The translations under genes and the position numbers were made by a program. The notes under the pieces were generated by a model. That model saw only the letters and a list, made by a program, of their open reading frames with translations. It had not been told where the DNA came from and searched no databases. Source: Macrostomum lignano (Eukaryota). From it: 64,000 nucleotides of DNA. How positions within the stretch are numbered: the first letter of the stretch is position 1; each line of letters begins with the position of its first letter. The stretch spans positions 248,001 to 312,000 of the forward strand of contig NIVC01000162.1 in the NCBI GenBank assembly GCA_002269645.1, in the 5' to 3' direction. Shown one piece after another: positions 1-12,506 of the stretch.

Positions 1-337
1 CTGAATATTGTTATAATAAAACAAAATCCACCCTCAGCTGCCTGATCAAGGGATGAAGAAAGTTGATTCCGACAATCTCCTTTTACCGACCGCTATCTAC
101 AAGGGAGAGACTGGCAGCGCTCAGCTATGCCTCGAAACTCGTACTTCCCAGTTGCACTTTTTCTCTTGGTCAAATCAATTCACTTTCTTTGCGGCACTTC
201 TTGGGACGACAACTCAGAAAATACGTATAAAGTGAACAGCGGCGTTCGGGAATGAGAAGATAAAGGAGAAATAAATGCGATAAAACGGAGCCTCAAGATG
301 TGCAGGATGGAGATTTTATAAGCGTCAACTTGGAGAT

Positions 338-1245
338 TCAGTAAGCGGTAAGCAGGAACCTTAGTGAGCTTTAAATTGTATCTTCACCAAGCGTAAAATA
401 GAAAAATAGGAAAATTAAGCGCCAAATTGGTACCTCAGTAAGCGCCATAAAGAAGCCTCAGTAAGCGTCAAGTAGCAACATCAGTAAGCGCCAAAAAGAA
501 GTCTCAGTGAGCACCTAATAGGAGCTTCAGTAAGCACCTAATAGGAACCTTAGTAAGCGCAAAAAAGCCTCTGTAAGCGCCAAAATAAACTTTAGTAAGC
601 GCCAAGTAGCAACATCAGTAAGCGCCAAATATGAACCTCTGTAAGCGCCAAAAAGAAGCCTCAGTAAGCGTCAAGTAGCAGTAAGCGCCAAAAAGAAGCC
701 TCAGTAAGCGTCAAGTAGCAGTAAGCGCCAAAAAGAAGCCTCAGTAAGCGTCAAGTAGCAGTAAGCGCCAAAAAGAAGCCTCAGTAAGCGTCAAGTAGCA
801 GTAAGCGCCAAAAAGAAGCCGATCAGTAAGCGTCAAGTAGCAGTAAGCGCCAAAAAGAAGCCTCAGTAAGCGTCAAGTAGCAGTAAGCGCCAAATAGAAG
901 CCTCAGTAAGCGTCAAGTAGCAGTAAGCGCCAAAAATAAGCCTCAGTAAGCGTCAAGTAGCAGTAAGCGCCAAAAAGAAGCCGATCAGTAAGCGTCAAGT
1001 AGCAGTAAGCGCCAAAAAGAAGCCTCAGTAAGAGCCAAATAGAAACTTTAGTAAGCGCTAAGTAGCAAAATCAGTAAACGCCAAACATGAACCTCAGTAA
1101 GCTCCTAATAGGAACCTCAGTAAGCGCCAAATATAAACGTTAGTAAGCGCCAAATAGGAACATCAGTAAGCGCCAAAAGAAGCCCTAGTAAGCACCAGAA
1201 AGGAACTTCAGTAAGCGCCAAATAGGAGCTTCAATAAGCGCAAAT
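338..1245. repeat. Minisatellite; 40-bp dimeric unit CAGTAAGCGCCAAAAAGAAGCCT+CAGTAAGCGTCAAGTAG with degenerate ~23-bp monomers on the flanks
   Basis: Period 40 read directly (661 to 701 to 741); both halves start CAGTAAGCG. Confidence 0.9.
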
Positions 1246-1744
1246 ATAAGGTGAATGAGGTAGGCTGTACCTAGAAATCAGGTGAAATGTCTTATTTCGA
1301 AGGAAAGAGGAGGGTGGCTGGATGGTGGGACACTGCAGAGAGTCGAGTTCGCAACCAGCTGCTTATTTTGCGCTGACGGACAGCATCAGTGAATTCCCAA
1401 TGCGCACCCAATGCCTTCCTCTGTCAGTTATCTGGATACATGATTCTAATAATACAAATTGAATGCCGCAGTGTATAATTCATGGAGGCAATGAATGAAG
1501 GTTAGGGTTAAAGATATGCTTATTACATTTCTTAACACAATGCTTTGCAGCTATACCTGCCGCTGTTTCTCTCATTTCCCGGCTTGAGTTTCTGCCTGTC
1601 CCAGTGCTCTCCCTACGGACACACTTGAGCTCATGTTTTTTAAGAATTGTTTGCACCGACGTGCAATACTGGCAAGAACTGAGAAAGTCTCGGGGAGAAA
1701 AATGGACTTTGCTCTTAGGGAGTTAGACAACATCACTGACTAAT

Positions 1745-3038
1745 CAGTTTCCCCTCCCTGAAGGACCGGAGGGAGGGGCAGTTTCCCTCCCTGAAGGACC
1801 GGAGGGAGGGGCAGTTTCCCTCCCTGAAGGAACGGAGGGAGGGGCAGTTTCCCTCCCTGAAGGAACGGAGGGAGGGGCAGTTTCCCTCCCTGAAGGAACG
1901 GAGGGACGGGCAGTTTCCCTCCCTGAAGGAACGGAGGGACGGGCAGTTTCCCTCCCTGAAGGAACGGAGGGAGGGGCAGTTTCCCTCCCTGAAGGATCGG
2001 AGGGACGGGCAGTTTCCCTCCCTGAAGGAACGGAGGGAGGGGCAGTTTCCCTCCCTGAAGGAACGGAGGGAGGGGCAGTTTCCCTCCCTGAAGGAACGGA
2101 GGGAGGGGCAGTTTCCCTCCCTGAAGGAACGGAGGGAGGGGCAGTTTCCCTCCCTGAAGGATCGGAGGGACGGGCAGTTTCCCTCCCTGAAGGAACGGAG
2201 GGAGGGGCAGTTTCCCTCCCTGAAGGAACGGAGGGAGGGGCAGTTTCCCTCCCTGAAGGAACGGAGGGAGGGGCAGTTTCCCTCCCTGAAGGAACGGAGG
2301 GAGGGGCAGTTTCCCTCCCTGAAGGAACGGAGGGAGGGGCAGTTTCCCTCCCTGAAGGATCGGAGGGAGGGGGCAGTTTCCCTCCCTGAAGGAACGGAGG
2401 GAGGGGCAGTTTCCCTCCCTGAAGGATCGGAGGGAGGGGGCAGTTTCCCTCCCTGAAGGATCGGAAGGAGGGGCAGTTTCCCTCCCTGAAGGAACGGAGG
2501 GAGGGGCAGTTTCCCTCCCTGAAGGAACGGAGGGAGGGGCAGTTTCCCTCCCTGAAGGAACGGAGGGAGGGGCAGTTTCCCTCCCTGAAGGATCGGAGGG
2601 AGGGGCAGTTTCCCTCCCTGAAGGATCGGAGGGAGGGGCAGTTTCCCTCCCTGAAGGACCGGAGGGAGGGGCAGTTTCCCCTCCCTGAAGGACCGGAGGG
2701 AGGGGCAGTTAGGATCGGAGGGAGGGGCAGTTTCCCCTCCCTGAAGGACCGGAGGGAGGGGCAGTTAGGATCGGAGAGAGGGGCAGTTAGGATCGGAGGG
2801 AGGGGCAGTTAGGATCGGAGGGAGGGGCAGTTTCCCTCCCTGAAGGAACGGAGGGAGGGGCAGTTAGGATCGGAGGGAGGGGCAGTTTCCCTCCCTGAAG
2901 GATCGGAGGGAGGGGCAGTTTCCCTCCCTGAAGGAACGGAGGGAGGGGCAGTTAGGATCGGAGGGAGGGGCAGTTTCCCTCCCTGAAGGATCAGAGGGAG
3001 GGGCAGTTTCCCTCCCTGAAAGATCGGAGGGAGGGGCA
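1745..3038. repeat. 33-bp minisatellite GGGGCAGTTTCCCTCCCTGAAGGAWCGGAGGGA, ~39 copies
   Basis: GCAGTTT recurs at 1811 and 1844; internal CCCTCC/GGAGGG inverted repeat; truncated units near 2700-2960. Confidence 0.95.
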
Positions 3039-3121
3039 GCAGCAGAGTTTGCCCTTGGCAATTCTTGTAGCTCCCGTTTTTAATGCGGGATTGCGGGTCA
3101 TGTGAGACAGCCATCAATCAC

Positions 3122-3272
3122 CTGCGCCTTCACTGACGCCAGTCGGTTGGTACCTCCGCTGCCGCCTCCGCCGGCGCCCTCCTCCAACTGCCCGCTTCTT
3201 CCATCCTCATCGCCTCGGCCTTGCTGCTGCTGCCACTCTAATACTCTGTCGTACAGGCTGTTGCCCAAATTG
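3122..3272 (-). CDS. Candidate internal exon of an unidentified gene (NLGNSLYDRVLEWQQQQGRGDEDG...SVKAQ)
   Basis: GC-rich open frame bounded by TTTCAG acceptor (3273-3274) and GTGATT donor (3121); 151 bp; no recognisable domain. Confidence 0.35.
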
Positions 3273-3339
3273 CTGAAAGCCAATAACGAGTGCATGTCAG
3301 TGCAGACAGTGTGGGTTTTTTTTGATGACCCTGCTTCCA

Positions 3340-3705
3340 ACCTCCGCTCTCTCCGCCCCCTGACCTCCGCTCTCTCCGCCCCCTGACCTCCGCTCTCTCC
3401 ACCCCTGACCTCCGCTCTCTCCGCCCCCTGACCTCCACTCTCTCCGCCCCCTGACCTCCGCTCTCTCCACCCCTGACCTCCGCTCTCTCCGCCCTCTGAC
3501 CTCCGCTCTCTCCGCCCCTGACCTCCGCTCTCTCCGCCCCTGACCTCCGCTCTCTCCGCCCCTTGACCTCCGCTCTCTCCGCCCCTGACCTCCGCTCTCT
3601 ACGCCCCTGACCTCCGCTCTCTCCACCCCCTGACCTCCGCTCTCTCCGCCCTCTGACCTCCGCTCTCTCCGCCCCTGACCTCCGCTCTCTCCGCCCTCTG
3701 ACCTC
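3340..3705. repeat. 22-23-bp minisatellite TGACCTCCGCTCTCTCCGCCCC
   Basis: Direct tandem copies visible. Confidence 0.9.
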
Positions 3706-4377
3706 TTTGCCTCCTGCTGTGTCTGCCTTCCGACACCCGCTTCCAACTACAGAAAAATAGATTAAATAAAATGAATTAAAATGCCTCGATGCAGACTTAC
3801 GTGCTACGAATGAGCTCCGTGGCCAAGTATTGAATGATTGACATGCCCGCTGCTTACCTGCAGTTTGCATGGAACTTATCTTTTAAAATACACCTGAAAA
3901 ACTGTTCTACACCTAAGAAAAACGGTTTGCAAGCAGGGCAATCTGCTCAGAAATAGTTGCTGCATATGGTGGTTGAATTGCGAGAGTAAATATATATATC
4001 TTTATCCCTAAGAGCGATCAGATAAGTTATATCGAGCATAGGAGAGCTGAGCACACGAGTGTTCACAACCGTGATCGAGTCTGCTGGTTGGCCAAGCCCG
4101 AAGCACTCGAGAGCAGACAGTCAAGTCACCCACTCAAAGCTACCGACGCATATAGTTTTCTCCCGTGTGAATGACAATAGCAAATTGCATGTGCAGTTGA
4201 TCCTTCTGGGCATGACACTATAGCACTGAACATGAAGTTGAATTGGAATTGTAACACGCGTAATCTGGTGCTATTTTACCCCAAACTTGCATGTATTGAG
4301 AGTCCCTAACTTAATGCTACATGTACCTAAACTTACACCATTACACCACGTATTTTACCGAAACTTGAGTCCCACTC

Positions 4378-4885
4378 AGCTCTCTCCCTCTCCGACCTCC
4401 GCTCTCTCCCTCTCCGACCTCCGCTCTCTCCCTCTCCGACCTCCGCTCTCTCCCTCTCCGACCTCCGCTCTCTCCCTCTCCGACCTCCGCTCTCTCCCTC
4501 TCCGACCTCCGCTCTCTCCCTCTCCGACCTCCGCTCTCTCCCTCTCCGACCTCTGCTCTCTCCCTCTCCGACCTCCGCTCTCTCCCTCTCCGACCTCCGC
4601 TCTCTCCCTCTCCGACCTCCGCTCTCTCCCTCTCCGACCTCCGCTCTCTCCCTCTCCGACCTCAGCTCTCTCCCTCTCCGACCTCCGCTCTCTCCCTCTC
4701 CGACCTCCGCTCTCTCCCTCTCCGACCTCCGCTCTCTCCCTCTCCGACCTCTGCTCTCTCCCTCTCCGACCTCCGCTCTCTCCCTCTCCGACCTCCGCTC
4801 TCTCCCTCTCCGACCTCCGCTCTCTCCCTCTCCGACCTCCGTTCTCTCCATCTCCGACCTCCACTCTCTCCCTCTCCAAACCTCC
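4378..4885. repeat. 22-bp minisatellite CCGACCTCCGCTCTCTCCCTCT
   Basis: Direct tandem copies; shares core GACCTCCGCTCTCTCC with the 3340 array. Confidence 0.9.
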
Positions 4886-6910
4886 GACATCTGCGCTGTA
4901 TCCATACTCCATACACTCAGGTCGTACCTGAGAAGAGTATTATTATTAATACGCTTGTACTAATCTGAACTTTAAGTGATACGATATGTACAAGCACATG
5001 TATTTTAATTTAATCTACTCAAAGCAAAATCGAACCCATATTCTTCCAATCATGTCACAAAAATGTTTTACGTGTACATGTACTAAGATGCATACCAGCT
5101 CATCCCATTAGATTTAGATCTTGTCAGTTACAAACTAATCAATCAATGGCAGAGTAACCCAGCGGTAGGTATACAAGAGCACAAGTATTGTACATATATA
5201 CAACATTACATGTACTTTGAAGCCGCAAAATGGACCAGAGACTTACATGTATCGTGTAATTGACGCTCATGAGAGGCCCAACCGCAAAGGCACACAATAC
5301 AGAGTTACTATGTGTGAGCGTGTGGGTTCTCAGGAGTCAGCGAGATGGGCCTGACTGCTTGCCTCACCAGTGGCTGCGGGTGAATTATCGCCTTTAATCT
5401 TTGCCAACTACATGTATAACTACAATTATAATCAGTGAGCTCTGGGCCCCAAAAAAGAAGCAAGCCAGCAAGCCAAGACAGGAAAACCTGTGCCATTGTT
5501 TGTGTGAATAATTTGCTAGGTAAAAAACGGAGCATTAACAAATTTGAAACTGAGCAATTTCTGCTTTCAGGCCTGGTTGGCTGGCCAACTCTCAGTGTAT
5601 TTATTAATAACTAGCACCTGCTGGGGAAGAACGGCAATTGAATAACAGTGATTATCAGAACAGCTGGACAGGTGAGAAAAATCAAACAGAATGGCCACGC
5701 GGATTGCGGAAGCAGATCGGATTTGTTGATGCAGGAACAATGGGAAACTGCAGAGTGATGGAGAGGGGCTTAATAGCTAATTGTGTGCCACTTTTTATTA
5801 GTCTCAAAATTTTTGTACATAAAAAGGTGAGCAATAGTAATAATAACAATAATAAATAGTAAAAACACAAAAACGGTATGATTTTTATACACAAACTCAA
5901 CAGAAATTGCTGGCCACCAAATTATGAAGAAGAACAATAATATTGATAAACGGCCTGCAATTCATAATGCACAACATGGATATGCTATAATACGAAACCG
6001 AACGAGAGGCAGGCGGGCAAGAGAAGTATTTTGTTAAAAAATAAATATTTTATTATGTAAAATGAGCGGGGCTGCGACGCATCAGAAATTGCTACAACAA
6101 TTACAGCTAGAATTTAGAGCAGTTATTACAGATTAATTCCAGATTAAAAGCAAAAAATAAACGCGGCCGCGCATACTACTAACTATACTACTACTAGCGG
6201 AAATCAGTAGTGACAATGGAATTTGAATGCGGAGAAACAAAAAAAAACAGAAAAATGAAATAAACTGAAAAAAACCGAAACTGCTTGTGGCTTCTTTGCT
6301 TCAAACGAAAACGTTAGGAGACACAACAAAAAAGCGAAGGCCAAAAAAGCAGCGCCAAAATTGGACAATGCATCCCTGCAGAAGCAGACGAATGGGGAAG
6401 AGGGAGCAGCGACAGGATAGGGAGCGGAATTAGCTGCTTTCAAGAAGAATTGAGCCCAAACAACATATTTGCCACTGTGACGAGTTACAGGTGTCAATTT
6501 AACAATTTAACAAATAGAAAAAAAGGATAGGCCATGAAAATGCCAGAAAACACACTAGATAATAGAGTTAAATATAAGCTTGAATGCAGAAGAACAAAAA
6601 TTTGAGAGCGGATTTCAAGCTGAAACAAATTCTTTGTCTAATTTATGAATGAAATTATCGACTAAATTGAATTAGCTAAAATCAATAATTATTAATATTC
6701 ATTGGCGCAGCACTTTAATAGAAGGCTATATGGAGTGATAACGGTCTGGCTTTAATATAATATAGTGAGACAGGTGAGATGCGTGCTATTATCAGTTTAT
6801 TGCCAATAATTATTATTTTCTGTTCTTTTCCAAACACACAAAAAACTCGCTTGCTCTACTAACAGTAGGCTAAATGTATATAAAAGTGTTTCAACATGCT
6901 CGATTTCATT

Positions 6911-9900
6911 TCAAGCCACAGGCGAGGGCAGCTGCGGCGGCACCCGGGGCATGCAGAACCAGGTGGCCAGGCCGGCCAGCACCAAGTCCTCCTGTACGCA
7001 GCGCCAGTGCGGGGCGCCAGGCTCCCGGCTGTACAGGTACACGCATGGCTGCCAGGTGTGATTGTAGTACACTACCTGGCATTTCAGCCGGCGGCCCGCC
7101 AGAAAGCGGCTCTGGATGATGGCGCTAAGCGACTCCAGCTGGGCGTCGGCGCTCTGGTCGGGGCGGAGCAGCGGCGTCACGTAGGCCAGGTGACCTTCGA
7201 CAGCTTGGAATGGCAGGTGCATCATCTCCGTGCTGGAAGGTTGCCAGGGTGAATGGGTTTTGGGAATTGACCGCCAATTGGGATTATTGAAGAATTGGGG
7301 TTTGAAGGGCTATGTCTAGGGATATTGATGTCTAGAGACTTAGGGGTATTGATATCTAGACTTGGGGATATTGATATCTAGACTTGGGGATATTGATATC
7401 TAGACTTGGGGATATTGATACTGTATCTAGAGACTTGTGGATATTGATATCTATAGACTTGGGGACATTGATATCTAGAGACTTGGAGATATTAATATCT
7501 ATAGACTTGGGGACATTGATATCTAGAGACTTGGGGATATTGATATCTAGAGACTTGGGGATATTGATATCTAGAGACTTGGGGACACTGATATCTAGAG
7601 ACGCGAGGACATTGATATCTAGAGACTTGGGGATATTGATATCTAGAGACTTGGGGATATTGATATCTAGAGACGCGAGGACATTGATATCTAGAGACTT
7701 GGAGATATTGATATCTAGAGACTTGGGGACATTGATATCTAGAGACTTGTGGATATTGATATCTATAGACTTGGGGACATTGATATCTAGAGACTTGGAG
7801 ATATTGATATCTATAGACTTGGGGACATTGATATCTAGAGACTTGGGGATATTGATATCTAGAGACTTGGGGATATTGATATCTAGAGACTTGGGGATAT
7901 TGATATCTAGAGACTTGGGGATATTGATATCTAGAGACGCGAGGACACTGATATCTAGAGACTTGGGGATATTGATATCTAGAGACGCGAGGACACTGAT
8001 ATCTAGAGACGCGAGGACACTGATATCTAGAGACTTGGGGACACTGATATCTAGAGCCAAATCGAACAGCTCACCGAATCTGCCTGAGCTTTCCCACCGG
8101 CATCTGCTCGTAGCCGCCCCAGTCTAAGAACTTCATCAGCACCGAGTCGCTCTCCGGGAACACGTCGGCAATGATTGCCCGATGCCAGATGTTCTCGCCG
8201 TCGTCGCCAACAGCGGCGCTGGGCGCAACGCAAACTGCGCCGGGATTCACCGGCCGTGGCAGCGGCGGCACGGCGGCCGACTGCTGGCCGGAGGAGGCGT
8301 AGTGACGCCGGACAGCGCCGTCCATCTTGGCCAGCTGCTGGTAGGTTGGGTGGCCGGGCTGCTGCAGGAACAGGGTGGTACCAAAGCAGGCGGCCGACAC
8401 CACAACATCGACGTGGACAGCGTCCGGGAGGGTTAGCTGGCGAAAAATTGAGTGTAGGAAACAGTAAGATCGATTTTTATTACCTTGAAGTACTCGTACT
8501 CGAATCGGAGATTTAGAATCTAGAGCTTCCCCCCGTAGTTGAGCAGTAAAGCATGGCTATGTATAATTTTATATGGCAGGCACTGCGGACCAGAGGGGGT
8601 CACCTGCCCCCCGGCATCAAGATTATTGCCCGACTGCAATGTGGGAGCCATACAGGAGGTCAATGGGGTCACTTGCCCCCCCCCCTGATATTTGAGATTA
8701 TTGCCTGGCTGCAATGGGGGAGGCGTACAGGAGGTCAAGGGGGTCACCTGCCCTCTGGCACCTAACCATAGAAATGAGCAATTTTTTATTACGAGATAAG
8801 CGCAGTGGCTTATTTCAACGGGTCAGACGAGGTTTTCAGGCTGTTGTAACTTTGTAGGAAAGTAAAAACACAAAAGCGAAATCAGTAAGCGTGATTCAGC
8901 TTCCTGCCACTGGCAGAACAGTAATTCTAAACTGGAGAGAGAGAGAGAGCAGAGCAAAAGCCCCGTCCACTGACCCGGCCGTGCGAAAAGTTTAAAAAGC
9001 CGATTTCCGGTCATAATCCAGGCCTTAAGCGCATACGCTACTTCTAGTGCGGTAAGGAGGCCGGAGGAGTGGGGTGGGTAAGAATAGGAATCGAATTTCA
9101 GAGCTTCGTTATGAAATCTATAAACAGCCCTCTATCAAACAATAATTTAGCAGTTTAATTGCTAAGGTGTTACCTGCCAACCAAAACCCCAATCCAGCCT
9201 TAGAGACCCAAAAAGTGTGGACAAGCGGGAGCAGGCAGACAGGTGCTCGGGCGGGCCCAGTCATCAACGAGACTCTTCTTTGGGGGGGGGCACCATGGGA
9301 ACACGCGGGGCTAGAGACAGGCCGACAACAAAGGGGCCACACCGCCCAGGGCTTTGAGTTCGGTTTGCCCCTAGGGGGGATATCTTGATATCTATGGTAT
9401 GGGCAGGAGTCGCGCAACTCAAACCATGGGAAAGAGATAAAAGATAAGGCTGTATTATATATATTCATACTCATACGAACTGTACATACAGACACAAGAG
9501 ATTCCGAGTTCAGTAGGCAGAGATTTCGCAAAAAGAATACAAACAAACTGGAACCCCTAGCCCCGCCGCCCAGCCAGCGTTGACAGGAAGCTAATATAAA
9601 TGATCTAACCCTGACTAACTAATAAGCAAAATCTCGGTCAACGAAGGCTTTGTCTAGGTGCAAGCAAAAACAGGCCAGAGCGCGCGCGGAGAGAACACTT
9701 CAGAAATCACCTTAATCAACCATGGCGTTCCAAGACCCGGTCTTAGGACTCCATGAAATCTTCTCTGTAATTCATAGTTGAGTTGAAGCATCAGGAATTG
9801 TACATAATTACTGCTTAAATTTATCAGCTAGCGACTCTGTAACTGTAACTGAACTACTATCAAACCGGGTCGATATCATACTACCGAAATTTCGGTCTCT

Positions 9901-12506
9901 ATGAAGGCCGCAAATCAAACCACAGGGCGATGGTCACAGCTACAAATTCATTTTAAGAGAACGAAGAACAGAACAAGAAGCCGAAACCTCGCATTGTAAA
10001 ACTATTCAGCAGTTACTAACTTTAACTTATACTATTCTGCCCGAATTTTTTTTACAGCAAAAAGACAAGCCGGTAAAATTCTTTCTTTCTTTTGCTATCT
10101 GGGGGCCTTGAAGAGGCAGAAAAATAGACCCCCCCCTGCTGTTCGTGACGAAGCGCGACAGGCCTGCACTTGCCCCCTCTGCCTATCTTATCTAACCCTC
10201 TCCGAACTTTGAAGCTTAAGCGGCATTTCTGTGTCAGTTTTTGAATCGTTCTACAGGCAAAAAAGCCAACAGAACAGGCGCGTGTGCGTGCGTAATGGCG
10301 CGACTGTGCACACAGTGAGTGCGTCAGTGAGTGAAACCCGGCATTAATGCTAGAAGCCGAACAAAAGAATTGTGGAGCAGGAGCAGAGACTTGAGGCTCC
10401 TGAGCAAACAGACTAGATAACAGACCAACAGTGGAACAGTTTCTCTGTTGCCCGAGAATTTATGAGCTCAACTTCACCTGTCCTCGCTATCAGTAAGCCA
10501 TATCTTGAAACCTTTGCACAGAGTCAAAGTCTAAAATTACCGTCCGATATTTCGCTTATCTCAGATATTGAATCACCGCTTTAGCTTCTTTTTATCATTC
10601 ATAAACAAAAATCTTTATCAAACTACTCTTCGACTTGGTTCCGTTGAATGCGGGGCACCCACCCTGTCTCATATCTAAGGTAGGGGGGTTGGCAGTGATA
10701 ATAAATCAAATGCGCCGCTTCAATAAGCAGCCAGAGGGGGCCACTGTTCAGTTTATGACAAGCTGCACATAGAAGGTCAAAGCCCGCATTAACTTAGGCG
10801 GGGGGGGGACCAATTCATTACATTTCGACACCTGGACTGGGACTCTGTTTTAACTAGTTCGTTTGGAACTTAAAATAAATAACAGAGCGTCAGGGTAGAA
10901 GAGGCAGTGCGCTTTAAACAAGCCGCCCCCCCGCCTGCCACCTCCTACACTTTTGATCGGGCGGACTGGCGCCACAGTTCTCTAGGCACCAGGATTGCCT
11001 GCCTGCCTGCCTGCACCCTGCCGCGCATGAACGGGCGGCACAGAACTTTTCCGTCATGGGAAAATACAGCTAGATAAACATCTATAATAGCATGGAAAAC
11101 TCTGACAGCGCTTTGGGTGTGCTACTTTGGCAGGATTGTGTTGGGTCTCAGGGTGGAATTTACTACTTTTTCCTGAGAATTCCGGATAACCTATTTAACT
11201 ATTTGGCTTTGTGCAAGTTGGCCCACTCTGAGGGCCTGGGAGGGCGGGCCAGTCTGAGGATCTGGGAAAATAGCGGTGGTCTGAGGACCTGCGTGGCTCA
11301 GCAACTGAGGATCTCGGAGCGGGAGGCTGACCCAGCAACTGAGGATCTGATAGGGTGGCTCAGCAACTGAGGATCTGGGTAGGTGACCCAGCAACTGAGG
11401 ATCTGAGAGGGTGGCTCAGCAACTGAGGATCTGAGAGGGTGGTCCAGCAACTGAGGATCTGAGAGGGTGGCTCAGCAACTGAGGATCTGGGAGGCTGGCT
11501 CAGCAACTGAGGATCTGAGAGGGTGGCTCAGCAACTGAGGATCTGAAAGGGTGGCTCAGCAACTGAGGATCTGAGAGGGTGACCCAGCAACTGAGGATCT
11601 GGGAGGGTGGCTCAGCAACTGAGGATCTGGGAGGATGGCACTGTCTAAACTAAACAAGCTATAAACGCGCAGCATCAGAGAATGGATAGGGTTACATATT
11701 GATGATGGAAAAGTCATAATTCTTAAGGAAATCTACAGCTATCATCTTTTTCTAAAAAGCATCAAACCAAACTAACCTGGCACATGGTGGGCTGCAGGGC
11801 TGGATTGCGGTGAATTGGCACGGCAGTGTTGATTGGCTTCACGTCGAGCTCGGGGAATCGCTTCTTAATCACCTGCAGAGCGCACTTGACGCATTCCACT
11901 GGTCCTACGAATGGGTTTGGTGGTAATAAATTTAATAAACTGCTTGAAAATTATTAGAAACGAACACACGAAACATAATTAACACTCAAGCACAACAGAT
12001 CCTTACCTCGAACATTAACAACTTGAGTTTTCTTATCGAAGAAATTGCGGCTGATCCACACAGAGGCGCCGGACTTGGCCCGGATGTAGTTAATATTACG
12101 GCCTCGGGTGCCAACCATGGAGCCGCCCAGCCTGTTGGGGATGAGGAACTGGTGCACTACATCATTCTCATCCCCCGGAACTGGGGAGACACCGCGGACT
12201 GGCGGAGACGAGTCGCACTTGTCAGTTGACTTTTTAGCTTCACCGCTGACAGCAGTGGCGGCAGCAGCCTGCGAGGGTCAGTGTCCACACTGGAAGGCCT
12301 GCCGCTGTCATCAGCATCTGACTCCGACTTGGCCTGATTGCCAATTGATTTATTACTGTCCCCACTGCTGCGTCGACAGTCAATGCGCAGCTTATTGCTG
12401 TTATTAGCCTTTCCATCAGAGCTATAGTTCTTGTTCTCCAATGATTGGTCATTGTTGTTCTCACTCTGCTGAACTGCTGTGCTTAATGACCGCTGCTCAG
12501 ACATTG
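6911..12506 (-). CDS. AKAP1: AKAP1/spoonbill-like KH + Tudor domain protein; exons 12506-12007 (apparent frameshift ~12276), 11904-11777, 8436-8075, 7232-6911; 5' end may lie further upstream
   Basis: KH motif HQFLIPNRLGGSMVGTRGRNINYIRAKSGASVWI; Tudor region FLQQPGHPTY...WHRAIIADV...FLDWGGYEQMPVGKLRQIR|TEMMHLPFQAVE; C-end DLVLAGLATW matches AKAP1 order; GT/AG sites with consistent phases 1, 0, 2. Confidence 0.85.
7310..8055. repeat. 24-bp minisatellite GGGGATATTGATATCTAGAGACTT filling the last AKAP1-like intron
   Basis: Tandem copies; array starts ~19 nt from the donor. Confidence 0.95.
8586..8760. repeat. About 2.3 copies of a ~72-bp unit (GGGGTCACCTGCCCCCC...TACAGGAGGTCAA), possibly MITE-derived
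   Basis: Repeated motifs seen; short CCAGAGGG/CCCTCTGG inverted ends. Confidence 0.55.
11272..11637. repeat. 28-bp minisatellite CAGCAACTGAGGATCTGAGAGGGTGGCT in an AKAP1-like intron
   Basis: ATCTG recurs at 11401 and 11429; unit holds a CTCAG-CAA-CTGAG hairpin. Confidence 0.9.

Noticed and set aside
7356-8127. 234-247 aa LRR- or solenoid-like ORFs
   Set aside because: Translation of the 24-bp intronic array; open on both strands
9060-11090. Unique moderately GC-rich block in the long AKAP1-like intron as a nested gene or retroelement
   Set aside because: Only short ORFs; no RT, integrase, TIR or LTR features recognised
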